Assembly: GCA_963824385.1 (NCBI GenBank)
Contig: CAWGPD010000002.1
Location: 160,001-224,000, forward strand
DNA length: 64,000 nucleotides
Direction of reading: 5' to 3'
From: an uncultured Nitrososphaerota archaeon
GTDB lineage: Archaea > Thermoproteota > Nitrososphaeria > Nitrososphaerales > Nitrosopumilaceae
In this document: positions 20,520-31,447 of the stretch, in pieces
Numbering within the stretch: the first letter of the stretch is position 1
Layout: each line of letters begins with the position of its first letter
The notes under the pieces: generated by a model
The model's input: only the letters and a program-made list of their open reading frames with translations
Told to the model about the DNA's origin: nothing
Databases searched by the model: none
Position numbers and translations under genes: made by a program

Positions 20520-21826
20520 TGGTAGAGGTTAACTCAGCCAGAGCCTTTTTAATGGATTTGCTTGTCACCTGATGACCCTCTAACACCTTAAAACCACGCT
20601 TCATATCTGGAATTATCCCATTTGGAATACCAGTCTTTTGTGAGATTCTTCTTTAAAAGAGACTGCAAGAATTTTTTTGCATCATAAAATTCTCTTTCTT
20701 GTAACGACAAAATCCTTCCATCATCATCAATCCATGTTAACCTGTTCTTAGAATTTCGCAAGATAAAGTTCTCAGATTCTGATTTTCTAAATACATCAGG
20801 ACCGTTCTTGACCATGAATTTTTCAATTATTGGTGAATGTAATAAGAAAAGCATCGCAGCCTCTGATTTTTCATCTGTTATGGTACTCTTGCGTAATACT
20901 TGAAATCCCCCAAGCTCGAGCTGACCTGAAAGAGCTGTTGCTCCTCTTTTTGCTTGACCCCAAATAATATCTGGACTTCTATGTTTGTAATCAAACTTGA
21001 CAACTATGATGTTCTTTAGATTCTTTGTGTTTGGAAATGATTTTTTTCCATTGAAAAATACCAATGATGGTTTTTTAAGATAAGCTCTCGCTGCAAGTAT
21101 GAATCTTCCAAAATTTTGTGCAGAAATTGCCGTACCTAGATTTCTATTGCTATCAATAGGATCTATCAATATCAGGGCAGTTTCAAATTTTTTAGTGGGA
21201 TTTCCTATTACTTGTCCTTGGGAAAAGTTTGCAGCTGCTTCTAAAACCTTGATGAAACTACCATAGTGATAAATCAAAACCTCTGCAACATATCCTCCAA
21301 ATCCCTCCGTGGCTATTTCTGCACCGTAGATATCAACTCCTATTAGAAACTTTTTGAGTAGCCTTACCTCGTTCTTTTTTTCATCATCTAATTTTTCAAG
21401 TATGAATTTGGTGTGAAAAGAAGATCTATCTGCTGCACTCTGCCATTGTCCATTTTCTACGTCATAACATGGAACAACATTTACTTTGGTCTTTTCTGCT
21501 TCTGCCTCAACATACGGATGTTCAGAATATCTAACATATGGTTTGTATTTTTTCATAGAAGCAAAACCAATCTCTTTACCAATTTTTTCAAACTGCTTTT
21601 CTTCTGTTTCTTTTTTCATCTTGACAAAAATATCAAGATCCAACTTGCCCTTGAGCCAGGTTCCCTTTGCATATGAACCACCAAGCTCAACCAAAGTAAC
21701 CTCTGGATATTTTGCAGCTTCTTTCTTTACAAGTTCCACTAGATTATTTGAAAGCAATTGCATTTTCTCTTTTTCTTGTTTTGTGGGAATTGATGCATTC
21801 CTAGCTTGTTCCAGAATATTTCTCAT
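20491..21826 (-). CDS. cca: Archaeal (class I) CCA-adding enzyme (frameshift near 20637)
   Basis: GGSYAKGTW, DLDIF, YSEHPYV, SAADRS, GFGGY, DPID.NRN. Confidence 0.93.
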
Positions 21827-22362
21827 TTTGCTAAAACCACCTGTAAATCAGAGTATATTGGTCCATTTGGAGTTAAGATACTTTGCTTCAACTTTAACTC
21901 TGTTATTACTTCCTTACCTAGGTCAACTGTCTTGAATTTTTCTAGAGTTTGTGAAATATCACCTACATTATTTTTAATTCTAAATATTGTTAAATGAGGC
22001 TTGAATGGTTTGTCTGATTTGAATCCCAGAGGCTCTAGTTTTTTTCCTACTTGAGTAGCAAGATCAACTAGTTGTTCTGATGCAACTTTGTCTATTCCTA
22101 TCCAAATGATACGCGGAAATCTTGGATTTGGAAATGTGCCTATGTGCGTAAATTTTACTTCAATTGGTCTAAACGAAATTGTAGATAATTCTTTTTTCAC
22201 ATTTTCTACAGTCTTTTCATCAATCTCTCCTAAGAAAAGTAATGTAAAATGCATGTTCTGTTTATTTACTGCAGTTGCTTTTATCATAAAATCTGATTGA
22301 ATTTTGGTTATACTGTTTAGTATTTCCTCATTATGAATTTCAACGGCGATAAAAGTACGCAT
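21823..22362 (-). CDS. thpR: RNA 2',3'-cyclic phosphodiesterase (2H family)
   Basis: MRTFIAV, HFTL and HLTI motifs, GPIY. Confidence 0.93.
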   Translation of the reverse strand: MRTFIAVEIHNEEILNSITKIQSDFMIKATAVNKQNMHFTLLFLGEIDEKTVENVKKELSTISFRPIEVKFTHIGTFPNPRFPRIIWIGIDKVASEQLVDLATQVGKKLEPLGFKSDKPFKPHLTIFRIKNNVGDISQTLEKFKTVDLGKEVITELKLKQSILTPNGPIYSDLQVVLAK

Positions 22363-22420
22363 TATTGGAATTCAGATTATAGTATCTATAATGATTTCCG
22401 GTAACTTCATAGACTAGAAG

Positions 22421-22984
22421 ATGAAGTTTGTGAGTGTGTCTAAACTTATCATATGTCTCACAGGAATGCCTGGTGCAGGAAAAACCACAATAGCAGAGGG
22501 TCTGAAATCAAAAGGCTTTGATAAAATTACAATGGGAGATGCTGTAAGGGCAGAAGCCACAAGAAGAAAGATAGAGCCTACTGGAACAAATCTTGGAAAA
22601 CTCATGATTGAGTGAAGAGAGAAAAACGGTCCAGGTGCGGTAGCAGAACTAATAGTAGATGATATTAAAAATTCAAAGTCTGATGTTGTACTAGTTGATG
22701 GGGTTAGATCACTTTCAGAAGTTGATATCTTGAAAAAAATTGGTACAGTAAAAGTTCTGGCCATACATGCATCTGGTGATATTAGATACAAATTTCTCAC
22801 AGGAAGAGGTAGATCTGATGCACCATCTGATCGTGATGACTTTACAAAAAGAGACTCTAGAGAGATTGGAGTTGGTATGAGTGAATCAATAGCTCTTGCA
22901 GATGAAACAATCTCTAATAACAATATGACAATTGAAGAGCTTGTTGATACTGCATACCATGTCATAAAAGGTTGGATGAATTGA
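22421..22984 (+). CDS. UPF0200 / dephospho-CoA-kinase-like P-loop kinase (frameshift near 22612)
   Basis: TGMPGAGKT, MGDAVR, VDGVRS, RGRSD, RDSREIGVG. Confidence 0.85.
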
Positions 22985-23386
22985 GAATTCCTAAAGTTAC
23001 TTGCAAGATTGAAGTCTATGCAGCAGTTAATCCTTCAGAAGATCCAGCCAAGGTGAGACTTGCAGTATCAAAAGTTGTCCAGAGTAACGATTTTCAGTAT
23101 AAAGAAGGAAGCATAAAGGCTACTTCAAATGAACTTGAATCCCTCTTGAAAATTCAAGAGACAATTAAGAAACATCGAGCTTAATCGAGTTTACCGAAGG
23201 CAAATGCGATATAATACAAAGGGCGATACCACATGGTTCTATCTCAATAAACAGGCAGCCTTTGTAGATGTCATAGCAATATGTGATGAAGCAGAAGAAT
23301 CTGCCATGGGTCCAATCAAGGTAATCATCCATTCTAAGGATCTTGACAAAATATCTGATTGGCTAGCCCCTGAGATTGTAGAGTAA
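22972..23386 (+). CDS. UPF0201 putative RNA-binding protein (frameshift near 23180)
   Basis: VNPSEDPAKV and FYLNKQAAFV..ESAMGPI motifs over two ORFs. Confidence 0.85.
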
Positions 23387-23462
23387 CTGGATAAATTTAT
23401 CACATTTACTCAAATAGTATACATTTCTACTTTTTTATGAAAATCCCAAGACAAACAATCGT

Positions 23463-24323
23463 TTGATAGGCAAATTAATCATAATTGGTATTATAGCGGT
23501 CGCATTAATTATTTTAATACCTATCTCATCAAAGATCTTCCAAACAGAGCCTGCACTTAAGACAGTCAAGGAGAAAATTGATAACATTACTAGTAATCCA
23601 TATGTCATCAATGCTTCTAAAACAGTAGCAATTAAGGCATTAAATGAAGGTACAAAACTTGTCAATGCTAATTATACTGGAACATCTGCAGGTACAAACT
23701 CTAGTTCTCTGAATAACAATACTCCTACTACTGTTTACCAGCTTTCTTCACAATATGTAGACCAACAAAACTATACCGGTCAAGTTTTTGATAAGACTGG
23801 CAATACATGTGAAATTTCTGTTCCTGCAATGGCTCAGATAATAAATGGTCAAACAGAACTTACTCACATAATTCGACTTGATCAATGTTTGTCAAATGTT
23901 GGTGATCCTGTACAAGTTACAACACTTACAGCAAAACCTGATGCTCCAACAGTTAATCCTTCAAGCGGGATACAAATAACTCCATATTCCAAAGTTGCTG
24001 GTACATCTTTACCGACTTTACCAAATTACTATAATGTGGTTCAACTAACTACAATAAACCAAGGAAACAATACCATGTTAAATTTTGATGATTCATCTGG
24101 ACAGACAAAATCGGTAATTGTTACAATGAGAAATAATGATACTGTTTTATTTACTGGCACTTTTTATTCTTCAAAATTTACAACTGAAGTTAAAGATGTT
24201 CCAGACACTCCTCACTTGATTGAAATGACTATAGATAATACCATTTATGGAATCTTACATGCATCTGTATACTCTCCTTCAAATGCACAAAACTCTACTA
24301 TGACTGGCATATTGTCACAATAA
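23463..24323 (+). CDS. Membrane-anchored extracellular hypothetical protein
   Basis: N-terminal TM, N/T/S-rich beta-type domain. Confidence 0.7.
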   Translation: MIGKLIIIGIIAVALIILIPISSKIFQTEPALKTVKEKIDNITSNPYVINASKTVAIKALNEGTKLVNANYTGTSAGTNSSSLNNNTPTTVYQLSSQYVDQQNYTGQVFDKTGNTCEISVPAMAQIINGQTELTHIIRLDQCLSNVGDPVQVTTLTAKPDAPTVNPSSGIQITPYSKVAGTSLPTLPNYYNVVQLTTINQGNNTMLNFDDSSGQTKSVIVTMRNNDTVLFTGTFYSSKFTTEVKDVPDTPHLIEMTIDNTIYGILHASVYSPSNAQNSTMTGILSQ

Positions 24324-24401
24324 GTCACAACTAAATTCAATTAGACCGCCTCACGATCATCCTTTTCTAATAGTGTCACATACAAATCCTGATCATATTC
24401 C

Positions 24402-24926
24402 ATGGATTTCTTTACTGGTAAAGAAATAGAGGTTCCTGAAGATGTAAAACGACTCTTACAGTTCAATGAAAAAGTCTTAATTTCAGCAGAGACAGCAAGA
24501 TCTGCAGCTCTGATAAATCCTGAAACTATCTTTGTTACTTCTCAAAGAGTCATAGTACGAAGACCTACAACATTGGGTTTAAGAAAAAATATTGAAGATT
24601 ACAGATTCACAGATATAGCAAATGTCCATCTGAAAAAAGGAATTATCAGATCTGGCATAGTTCTAAAAATGAGATTTCTCTCAGATAATGTAGAAGTAGA
24701 TAATTTTCCAAAAGATGTTGGAGATCGAATATTTAGACTAGTTCAAGACGGAGTTGCAGGAAGATTAACGCTTGCACAACCTCAGGATAATGTTGTCAAG
24801 ACACCAAATGCTATGCAACAAGAGATAATTGAAAAAATCAAAGAACTTGCAAAACTAAAAGATCAGGGAATTCTAACTGATATTGAATTTCAAAGTAAAA
24901 AATCAGAACTATTAACAAGACTCTAA
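24402..24926 (+). CDS. Bacterial-type PH domain + SHOCT domain protein
   Basis: IFVTSQRVIV PH motif; C-terminal IKELAKLKDQGILTDIEFQSKKSELL. Confidence 0.85.
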   Translation: MDFFTGKEIEVPEDVKRLLQFNEKVLISAETARSAALINPETIFVTSQRVIVRRPTTLGLRKNIEDYRFTDIANVHLKKGIIRSGIVLKMRFLSDNVEVDNFPKDVGDRIFRLVQDGVAGRLTLAQPQDNVVKTPNAMQQEIIEKIKELAKLKDQGILTDIEFQSKKSELLTRL

Positions 24927-24927
24927 A

Positions 24928-25485
24928 ATGATTTCAAAAAAACTATTACTAATTATAATTGCATCAATTGCTCTAGGTTCTATAATTGGTATGTCGATTA
25001 ATGCATCTGCTCAAACACCAACCATTCCAAGTTGGGTAAAAAATACTGCCAAATGGTGGGGTGAAGGTCAGATAAGTGATTCGGACTATATTCAATCTCT
25101 TCAATGGCTGATAGATAATGGGATTCTAAACATTTCAAAATCAAATTCAATGCAATCTGTTCCTCCACAATCATCACAAGATCAACAAAATGCACCTCAA
25201 GTGCAATCAAATACTGCAGAGGGATTTAGTGGAACTCAATGTGCTAGGGATCCGATTGCGCCCAGTGTAGTACACATGACAGGAAAATATACGAATGGGG
25301 CACAACCATATTCATTTGTCAGCTTAAAACTAGGTTTACTTGATTCAAGCGGAAATGTTGTTGCTACAGGAGCTGGTATAATATCTAACATTGGTACATA
25401 TTCCACCAAGATATTTGATGCATCTGCAATTTATGCAGGTCAGTTTTCTTCATGTGATATACAAGTTGAAACTCAATTACCATGA
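24928..25485 (+). CDS. Secreted protein with thaumarchaeal IPSWVKNTAKWW domain and FxLYD-like Ig domain
   Basis: Signal peptide; IPSWVKNTAKWWGEGQISDSDY..LQWLI; LGLLDSSGNVV. Confidence 0.8.
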   Translation: MISKKLLLIIIASIALGSIIGMSINASAQTPTIPSWVKNTAKWWGEGQISDSDYIQSLQWLIDNGILNISKSNSMQSVPPQSSQDQQNAPQVQSNTAEGFSGTQCARDPIAPSVVHMTGKYTNGAQPYSFVSLKLGLLDSSGNVVATGAGIISNIGTYSTKIFDASAIYAGQFSSCDIQVETQLP

Positions 25486-25625
25486 TAGAAAATATGGGAA
25501 AGGAGTTTTGTATCAAGTCTTACAGGACTCAAACATTCAGAGATTAGTAATTTAATTTTAAAAAATGAATCAAAATGAGTATTATTATCTCTGAAAAACT
25601 AGATCTGATTTATTAGCCAGAGATA

Positions 25626-28365
25626 ATGAAAAAAAACCCTGAATCTCTCTAGAATATTACTAGTTGTCACTATCACTTCATTATCAATTCTAGTTGGAAT
25701 TACATTCTTAGTGCCTATTTTTGCACAATACCAACCAGGGGGTGGAATTGGCAGCCTAGAAGAAGAGTTGCAACTTGCTAGGGAGAAATCAGAAATACAA
25801 ATTCAAACAACAAGTGGCGGAACTTTACAAGTTGGATTTTTCACAGATCCAATTAATGCAAATACTGGTAATCCAACTCAACTCAAAGTTAGTTTCATCA
25901 ACAAGCAGACAAGTCAGATACAACCCCATATTGATTACAAAATTTCCATATTACAGGGAGGAAATGTAGTGTTTGGAATACCTATAACTCATACTGCAGA
26001 AGGTGCAGTCAGCATTCCCTTTACATTTCAAACAGCTGGTACCTATCAAATCATAGTTGATGTTGAAGGAATACTCTTTCAGCCAATCCCTCCAGAGACT
26101 GCAACATTTACTATCAATGTAGTTGGATCATCTACTCAACCAATGGATTCCACATTTGTAACTGTGACATCGTCCACATCTATCATATCTTCAGGAGGAC
26201 AAGTAACAGTTACTGCAACAGTTACTGATCCTACCAACTTTCAAAATATTCCAACAGGGGCAGTAACATGGAGTGATGAAAACGTTGGCGGCACATTTAG
26301 TCAATCATCATGCATCTTGTCTGAAAATACATGTCTTGTAACATACACTGCACCTTACAATGTCCAAAATTCTATCACTATAACAGCAAATTATGTTGGA
26401 GATTCTACTCATAATTCAAGCTATTCAACATATTTGCTTTCAAGTGGGCCACAGAGTCAAACAGGTGCAATAACTGTAACAACTGACAAGTCTTCATATG
26501 AGCAGGGAGATTCGATAGTTGTTTCTGGAACAGTAAGTCAAGTGGATTCAATAAATCCACAAACACCAGTGATAATTCAGACATATGATGGAAATCATGA
26601 ATTTATCAGAGAAGATCGAGTTATTCCAGCATATGATGGACAATATTCTGTTACACTGAATCCAAATGCATTATGGCAAAATACTGGGGTCTATACATTA
26701 AAAGTAAAATATGACATCCCTAGTACTTTTTCACAAACAACATTTTACTTTAATTCGGGAATTAGTCCTAGTCCAGCACCTATTTCCACACAAAGTATTT
26801 CAAATGAAATCGATATGGTGCCAGGCGCAGGCTCTTCAGCAACTGCAGCCTGTGTTGCTACAAACACTTGCTTTTCACCAAATCCGATGAATATTCCACC
26901 GGGAACAACAGTAATCTGGAGAAATACTGATACTGTAAGCCACTATGTGACTAGCGGTCACTCATATGATAATAGAACAGGAACAATATTTGACAGCGGA
27001 AATCTAATCAAGCCACAGGGTACATACCAATTTACTTTTGCAAATCCTGGAACTATACAACTACTTTTGTACTGTCCATCCATGGATGATGGTCAAGTGA
27101 ATGTAGGTGTAGCATCTGGTATTACACCCATTGCATCTAATCCTCAAACAGCTCCTACAATAACTGTAACAACAGATGGGCTCTCATACAATTTTGGAGA
27201 TACAATTACGATATCTGGAAGTACAATGAATTACATTGATCAACCAGTAACTCTCATCATCAAAAGTCCAGCAGGAAATATCGTAAGTTTGGCCCAAGTA
27301 CCTCTAGGATCTGATAGGACATATTCTACATCAATAGATGCAAACACGCCCCTCTGGCAAGCTTCTGGTACATACACAGTTGTGGTACAGTTTGGCAGCA
27401 ATGCTAACATGGCCCAAACAACCTTTCAATTTACAGGACAACCATCATATCAACAATACCAATATCCTCAATTTCAACCAAATTCGCCTAATGAAATTGA
27501 TATGGTGCCAGGTGCAGGTTCTTCTGCCTCTGCAGCTTGTGTTGCAGCACATAATTGCTTTTCTCCAAATTCATTATACATTGCACCTGGAACCACAGTA
27601 ACTTGGAGAAATACTGATGCTGTAAGTCATTATGTAACTAGTGGTAGATCCACTGATGCTACAACTGGAACTGTATTTGATAGTGGCAATTTAATCAAGC
27701 CACAAGGTACATACCAATTTACTTTTGCAAATCCTGGAACTTACAACTACTTTTGTACTGTCCATCCATGGATGACTGGTCAAGTTATAGTAGGTCAAAG
27801 CGATATGCCAATGCCAACCCAATCTGGTTCTGTATTTATCCCGACTCAACAAGATATTCAAAGCATCAGTGAAGCAGAACAAAGTCAGACAATAGCAGCT
27901 GAAGTAAATGTTGGTGCAGGGCAATCTACAACTAGATCTATTGACAATAATGTCTCGGTTCAAACTATGCAAAATTCAGCTGATTCATTAAATGTAAATG
28001 TAAGTGCACCAAGCCAGACAGGACCAAAAGTGATTGCATTTAATCTCAATACTAGAACAATCAATGTAGCAAATCTAAATAATCTTGGTGTAATGTATGA
28101 TGGAAAGTTAATTCCTCCCGCAGCAAACGTAGATGATGTACTACATGCAAAATCAACAGACAATCCAAGTTTTGCAATTATAGTTACACAAAGTGGAGTA
28201 CAGATACTTGTCCTAGTTCCACACTTTTCAACTCATACAATTACTATAATGAACATGTCTCAGATTATGACTTCTACAGTTCCTGAATTTCCATTTGCTG
28301 CCATTGTATTGATTATAGCAACACTTTCTATTGTTGTGGTATCAAGAATGAGACATTCTCTATGA
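25626..28365 (+). CDS. Multidomain surface protein with two cupredoxin (plastocyanin-like) domains, Ig-like domains and PEF-CTERM anchor
   Basis: Two CFSP...PGTTV.WRN.D.VSH.VTSG repeats; second has YFCTVHPWM; C-terminal VPEFP + TM + basic tail; signal peptide upstream of 25711 probably starts at ATG 25626 via an indel in the A-run. Confidence 0.85.
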
Positions 28366-28658
28366 ATAAAGCTGGGAAAATAGCTGGATATTTGCTGGGA
28401 ACTATATTAATTTTAGTTGGATTTTTTTCATTTACGCAGGCAATTCTAACATCACAAAATCCTCTTGCCGTAGGTACAGTTAATGTGGAATTATTTTTAA
28501 CGTTATTTCTATTTGCAATAGGTGGTGCTGTGATATATTACACTGGTAAAAATTCTGAGAAGCGATCAAAATACATCTGTGGACACTGCAATGCTATTTT
28601 TGAAAGCGAAATTAATCTAAAAATACACTACGATTCTAAACATTTTTCAAAAAACTAA
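28362..28658 (+). CDS. Two-TM protein with C-terminal C2H2 zinc finger
   Basis: YICGHCNAIFESEINLKIHYDSKH. Confidence 0.8.
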   Translation: MNKAGKIAGYLLGTILILVGFFSFTQAILTSQNPLAVGTVNVELFLTLFLFAIGGAVIYYTGKNSEKRSKYICGHCNAIFESEINLKIHYDSKHFSKN

Positions 28659-28746
28659 CGTGATAATATTTTAACTATTAGAGAACTTTGTTAGTGTACA
28701 ATGTGTCGTAATTCTTTATAATCTTCTCATCGTAATAACATCGAAA

Positions 28747-29289
28747 ATGAATTCAAACATAAACAAACTCCAACTTTTGTCACTAACGGCAATTCTTGGA
28801 GTTGTAATGGTGGCATCACTTGCATCATCAAGTGCGTTTGCCGAGGTAAGCAATGTACCAAACAATTACAATAAAATTGCATATACTGCATACCATCCAA
28901 ACCCACAGTTTGTAAGTACTGCATACCATCCAAACCCACAGTTTGTAAGTACTGCATACCATCCAAACCCACAGTTTGTAAGTACTGCATACCATCCAAA
29001 CCCACAGTTTGTAAGTACTGCATACCATCCAAACCCACAGTTTGTAAGTACTGCATACCATCCAAACCCACAGTTTGTAAGTACTGCATACCATCCAAAC
29101 CCACAGTTTGTTGATATGAAAATGCGTGCAGATCAAAGATTTGTAGACATGTCATTTTTTGCAGACCATAGATTTGTCGACATGAATTACCATCCAATCC
29201 AACAATTTGTAGATGCGGCATATCACCAAATCCAACCGTTTGTAAGTACTGCATTTCATCCAGACCAAAGGTTTGTGAACAGAGCATAA
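28747..29289 (+). CDS. Secreted protein composed of twelve 11-aa repeats
   Basis: Signal peptide ending AFA; 7x TAYHPNPQFV(S/D) then 5 diverged units ending in FV(D/S/N). Confidence 0.85.
   Translation: MNSNINKLQLLSLTAILGVVMVASLASSSAFAEVSNVPNNYNKIAYTAYHPNPQFVSTAYHPNPQFVSTAYHPNPQFVSTAYHPNPQFVSTAYHPNPQFVSTAYHPNPQFVSTAYHPNPQFVDMKMRADQRFVDMSFFADHRFVDMNYHPIQQFVDAAYHQIQPFVSTAFHPDQRFVNRA
28885..29115 (+). repeat. 33-bp tandem repeat, 7 near-identical copies (coding)
   Basis: ACTGCATACCATCCAAACCCACAGTTTGTAAGT starting at 28885, 28918, 28951, 28984, 29017, 29050, 29083. Confidence 0.97.
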
Positions 29290-29552
29290 GCACCCCAAAT
29301 AATGCGGAATTGTCCCAAAGCCTTTTCCACATTTTCTTATTTCAAATTTCAAGTATTATCCCGAGTATTTACTTAGCCTGAACATCTAAATTCTAAGCAC
29401 TAATCCCAATAGGGTTCATCTTTTAATTTACGAACAAAGTGGGCCCAAAATAAGCCCACGTTGGTACGAATCCCCCCGGACTAGAATCTAGAATTAAATT
29501 TTTAGTAAGTAATTTCATAACTTAATTTTATAAAATATGAAAAGGTGTAACG

Positions 29553-29639
29553 GCGTGACCCTGTATAGGCAAAAGCTTTCTCTTGCCATTCGTACATTTT
29601 TTTGTACTTAACTATATACCATTTTTCGCAGGGTCACGC
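29553..29639 (-). ncRNA. Candidate structured RNA / palindromic element (type A)
   Basis: 11-bp stem GCGTGACCCTG/CAGGGTCACGC enclosing a second stem and two hairpins; a G-U pair favours the minus strand. Confidence 0.45.
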
Positions 29640-29825
29640 AAACTCATTTGCCAGAATTTGCATCTTTCTGCATTATTTACTATACGTCTTCATCTTATTT
29701 AATAATTAGTATGATTTATTACATAAATATACTCTAATTTTTATAATTTATTATTACCTACTAATGAGTAATCAATATTTCCCATCAACTTTATGAAATT
29801 AATCTAAAATCTACCTAAATCGTTC

Positions 29826-30546
29826 CTAATTTGATATTGTACTAACTAAAACTGGAAGGGTACTTGCAGCAGATGATCTTAGAGATATGTCCATGCTTGA
29901 TGACAATGGTGTCTGCTCAATATTTACTTCAATCATTGTAGCACCATTTTGTTTGGCATATACAGGCAGAAGATTAGCTGGTGATACAGCAAGCGAAGTT
30001 CCAACAACAACCATTACATCACAAGAACTCAGCTTGTTCTATTGCAGACTTCCAGACATCCTGTGGAAGTGATTCTCCAAACCAAACAACATCAGGTCTT
30101 AGCATATTTCCACACTTGCAAAGTGGAGGAAGTTGGGAAAAACTTGATACTATCTTATCCCTAAAATCGCAAACAGTGCATTTTATTGTAATGATACTGC
30201 CATGCAGTTCATAAACTCTAGTACTTCCTGCCCTCTGGTGTAATCCATCAATATTTTGAGTCAATACAGAAACTTGTTTGTATTTTTCAAGTTCTGCTAT
30301 TGCAGTATGCCCAGGATTTGGATTTGCACCAAGTATATTCTTTCTTCGTTCTTCATACCACTCCCAAACAAGCTTTGGATCTTCATAAAATGCATCTATT
30401 GTTGCAAGCTTCATTGGATCATACTTTCTCCAAAGGCCATCTTTTCCACGAAATGTGGGAATTCCACTCTCTTGAGAAATTCCAGCTCCTGTAACAAATA
30501 CAATTTTTTCTGCTTTCTTTAATTGGTTTGATATTTTCTCAAACAT
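29826..30546 (-). CDS. cobB: NAD-dependent deacylase (sirtuin) (frameshift near 30020)
   Basis: TGAGISQESGIPTFRG, TQNIDGLH, ELHG, RPDVVWFGE, VGTSL.V.PA. Confidence 0.93.
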
Positions 30547-30547
30547 T

Positions 30548-31447
30548 TCACTTGATGTTAACTTCTAAAAGATCCTTTGCTGCAATTACTGAATCATGAA
30601 TTGTCTTTGCTTCATTGACAAGCTCTTTGACATCTTCATATCTTGCTGAAAAATGTGTCAGGATTAAATTGGAAACTCTGGCTCTTTTTGCAAGTTCTGC
30701 TGCTTCCTTTGCTGTAGAATGATAATTTTCTTTTGCTTTATCCCTTAGTGTATCTGAATAAGTAGAATCAAATGTCATATAATCACAATCTTTGAAAAAT
30801 TCCTCAAGCTTCTGGGTAGGTCTTGTATCTCCTGATATGCCAATCTTCTTGCCTTTTCGTTTCTCTCCCATGACATCTGAGGGCTTGATTGTCTTGTCTC
30901 CTATCTTGATTTCAGTATCATTTTGAAGTTCATGCCAGAGTTTTCCCTCTGGAATGCCCAATTCCTTGGCCTTTTGTGGGTAAAACTTGCCAGGCTTGTC
31001 TTTTTCAGTAAAGAGATAGGAGTATGCAGGAATCGAGTGCTCTGCTTCACAGACATGAACGCTATACGTAGGGTCTTCAAAGACTAATCCCTCCTTTATC
31101 CTAATTATTCTAACAGGAAAAGTTAGACCAAAATTTAGTATCTTAAGATTTGCTGCAATAAACTCCTCAATTCCTGTTGGACCATAGATATCAACAGATT
31201 CTGTTCTGTTTTGTAATGACATTGTCTGCAAGAGACCTAAAATTCCAACACAATGGTCTCCGTGTAAATGGGTTACAAAAATTCTGATTTTTTTATTCCA
31301 TCCAAGCTTTGATTTTTGAAATGCAATTTGAGCGCCCTCTCCTGCATCAAACATCAAAATCTCTCTGTCTAATACAAGACAAATGCAGGTCATGCCGCGC
31401 TCAGCAGTTGGCTGTGCGGCTGATGTTCCCAAAAATACTAGTTTCAT
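30548..31447 (-). CDS. rnz: Ribonuclease Z
   Basis: [37 protein letters not shown]. Confidence 0.96.
   Translation of the reverse strand: MKLVFLGTSAAQPTAERGMTCICLVLDREILMFDAGEGAQIAFQKSKLGWNKKIRIFVTHLHGDHCVGILGLLQTMSLQNRTESVDIYGPTGIEEFIAANLKILNFGLTFPVRIIRIKEGLVFEDPTYSVHVCEAEHSIPAYSYLFTEKDKPGKFYPQKAKELGIPEGKLWHELQNDTEIKIGDKTIKPSDVMGEKRKGKKIGISGDTRPTQKLEEFFKDCDYMTFDSTYSDTLRDKAKENYHSTAKEAAELAKRARVSNLILTHFSARYEDVKELVNEAKTIHDSVIAAKDLLEVNIK

Noticed and set aside
28885..29115. 33-bp repeats as a CRISPR array
   Set aside because: Repeats are head-to-tail with no spacers, in frame within a signal-peptide ORF, and no cas genes are present
28727..29332. Minus-strand repeat ORFs (GLDGMQYLQTV; WVWMVCSTYKL)
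   Set aside because: Shadows of the stop-free 33-bp repeat; only the plus frame has a signal peptide and conserved register in the diverged units
29303..29403. Possible C2H2 remnant (CPKAF...EHLNSKH)
   Set aside because: Internal stop and wrong Cys-His spacing; likely coincidence
29439..29480. GTGGGC/GCCCAC hairpin and tRNA-T-arm-like GGTACGAATCCCCCCGG as an att site
   Set aside because: Short, does not match the tRNA-Pro in this window, and no integrase is present
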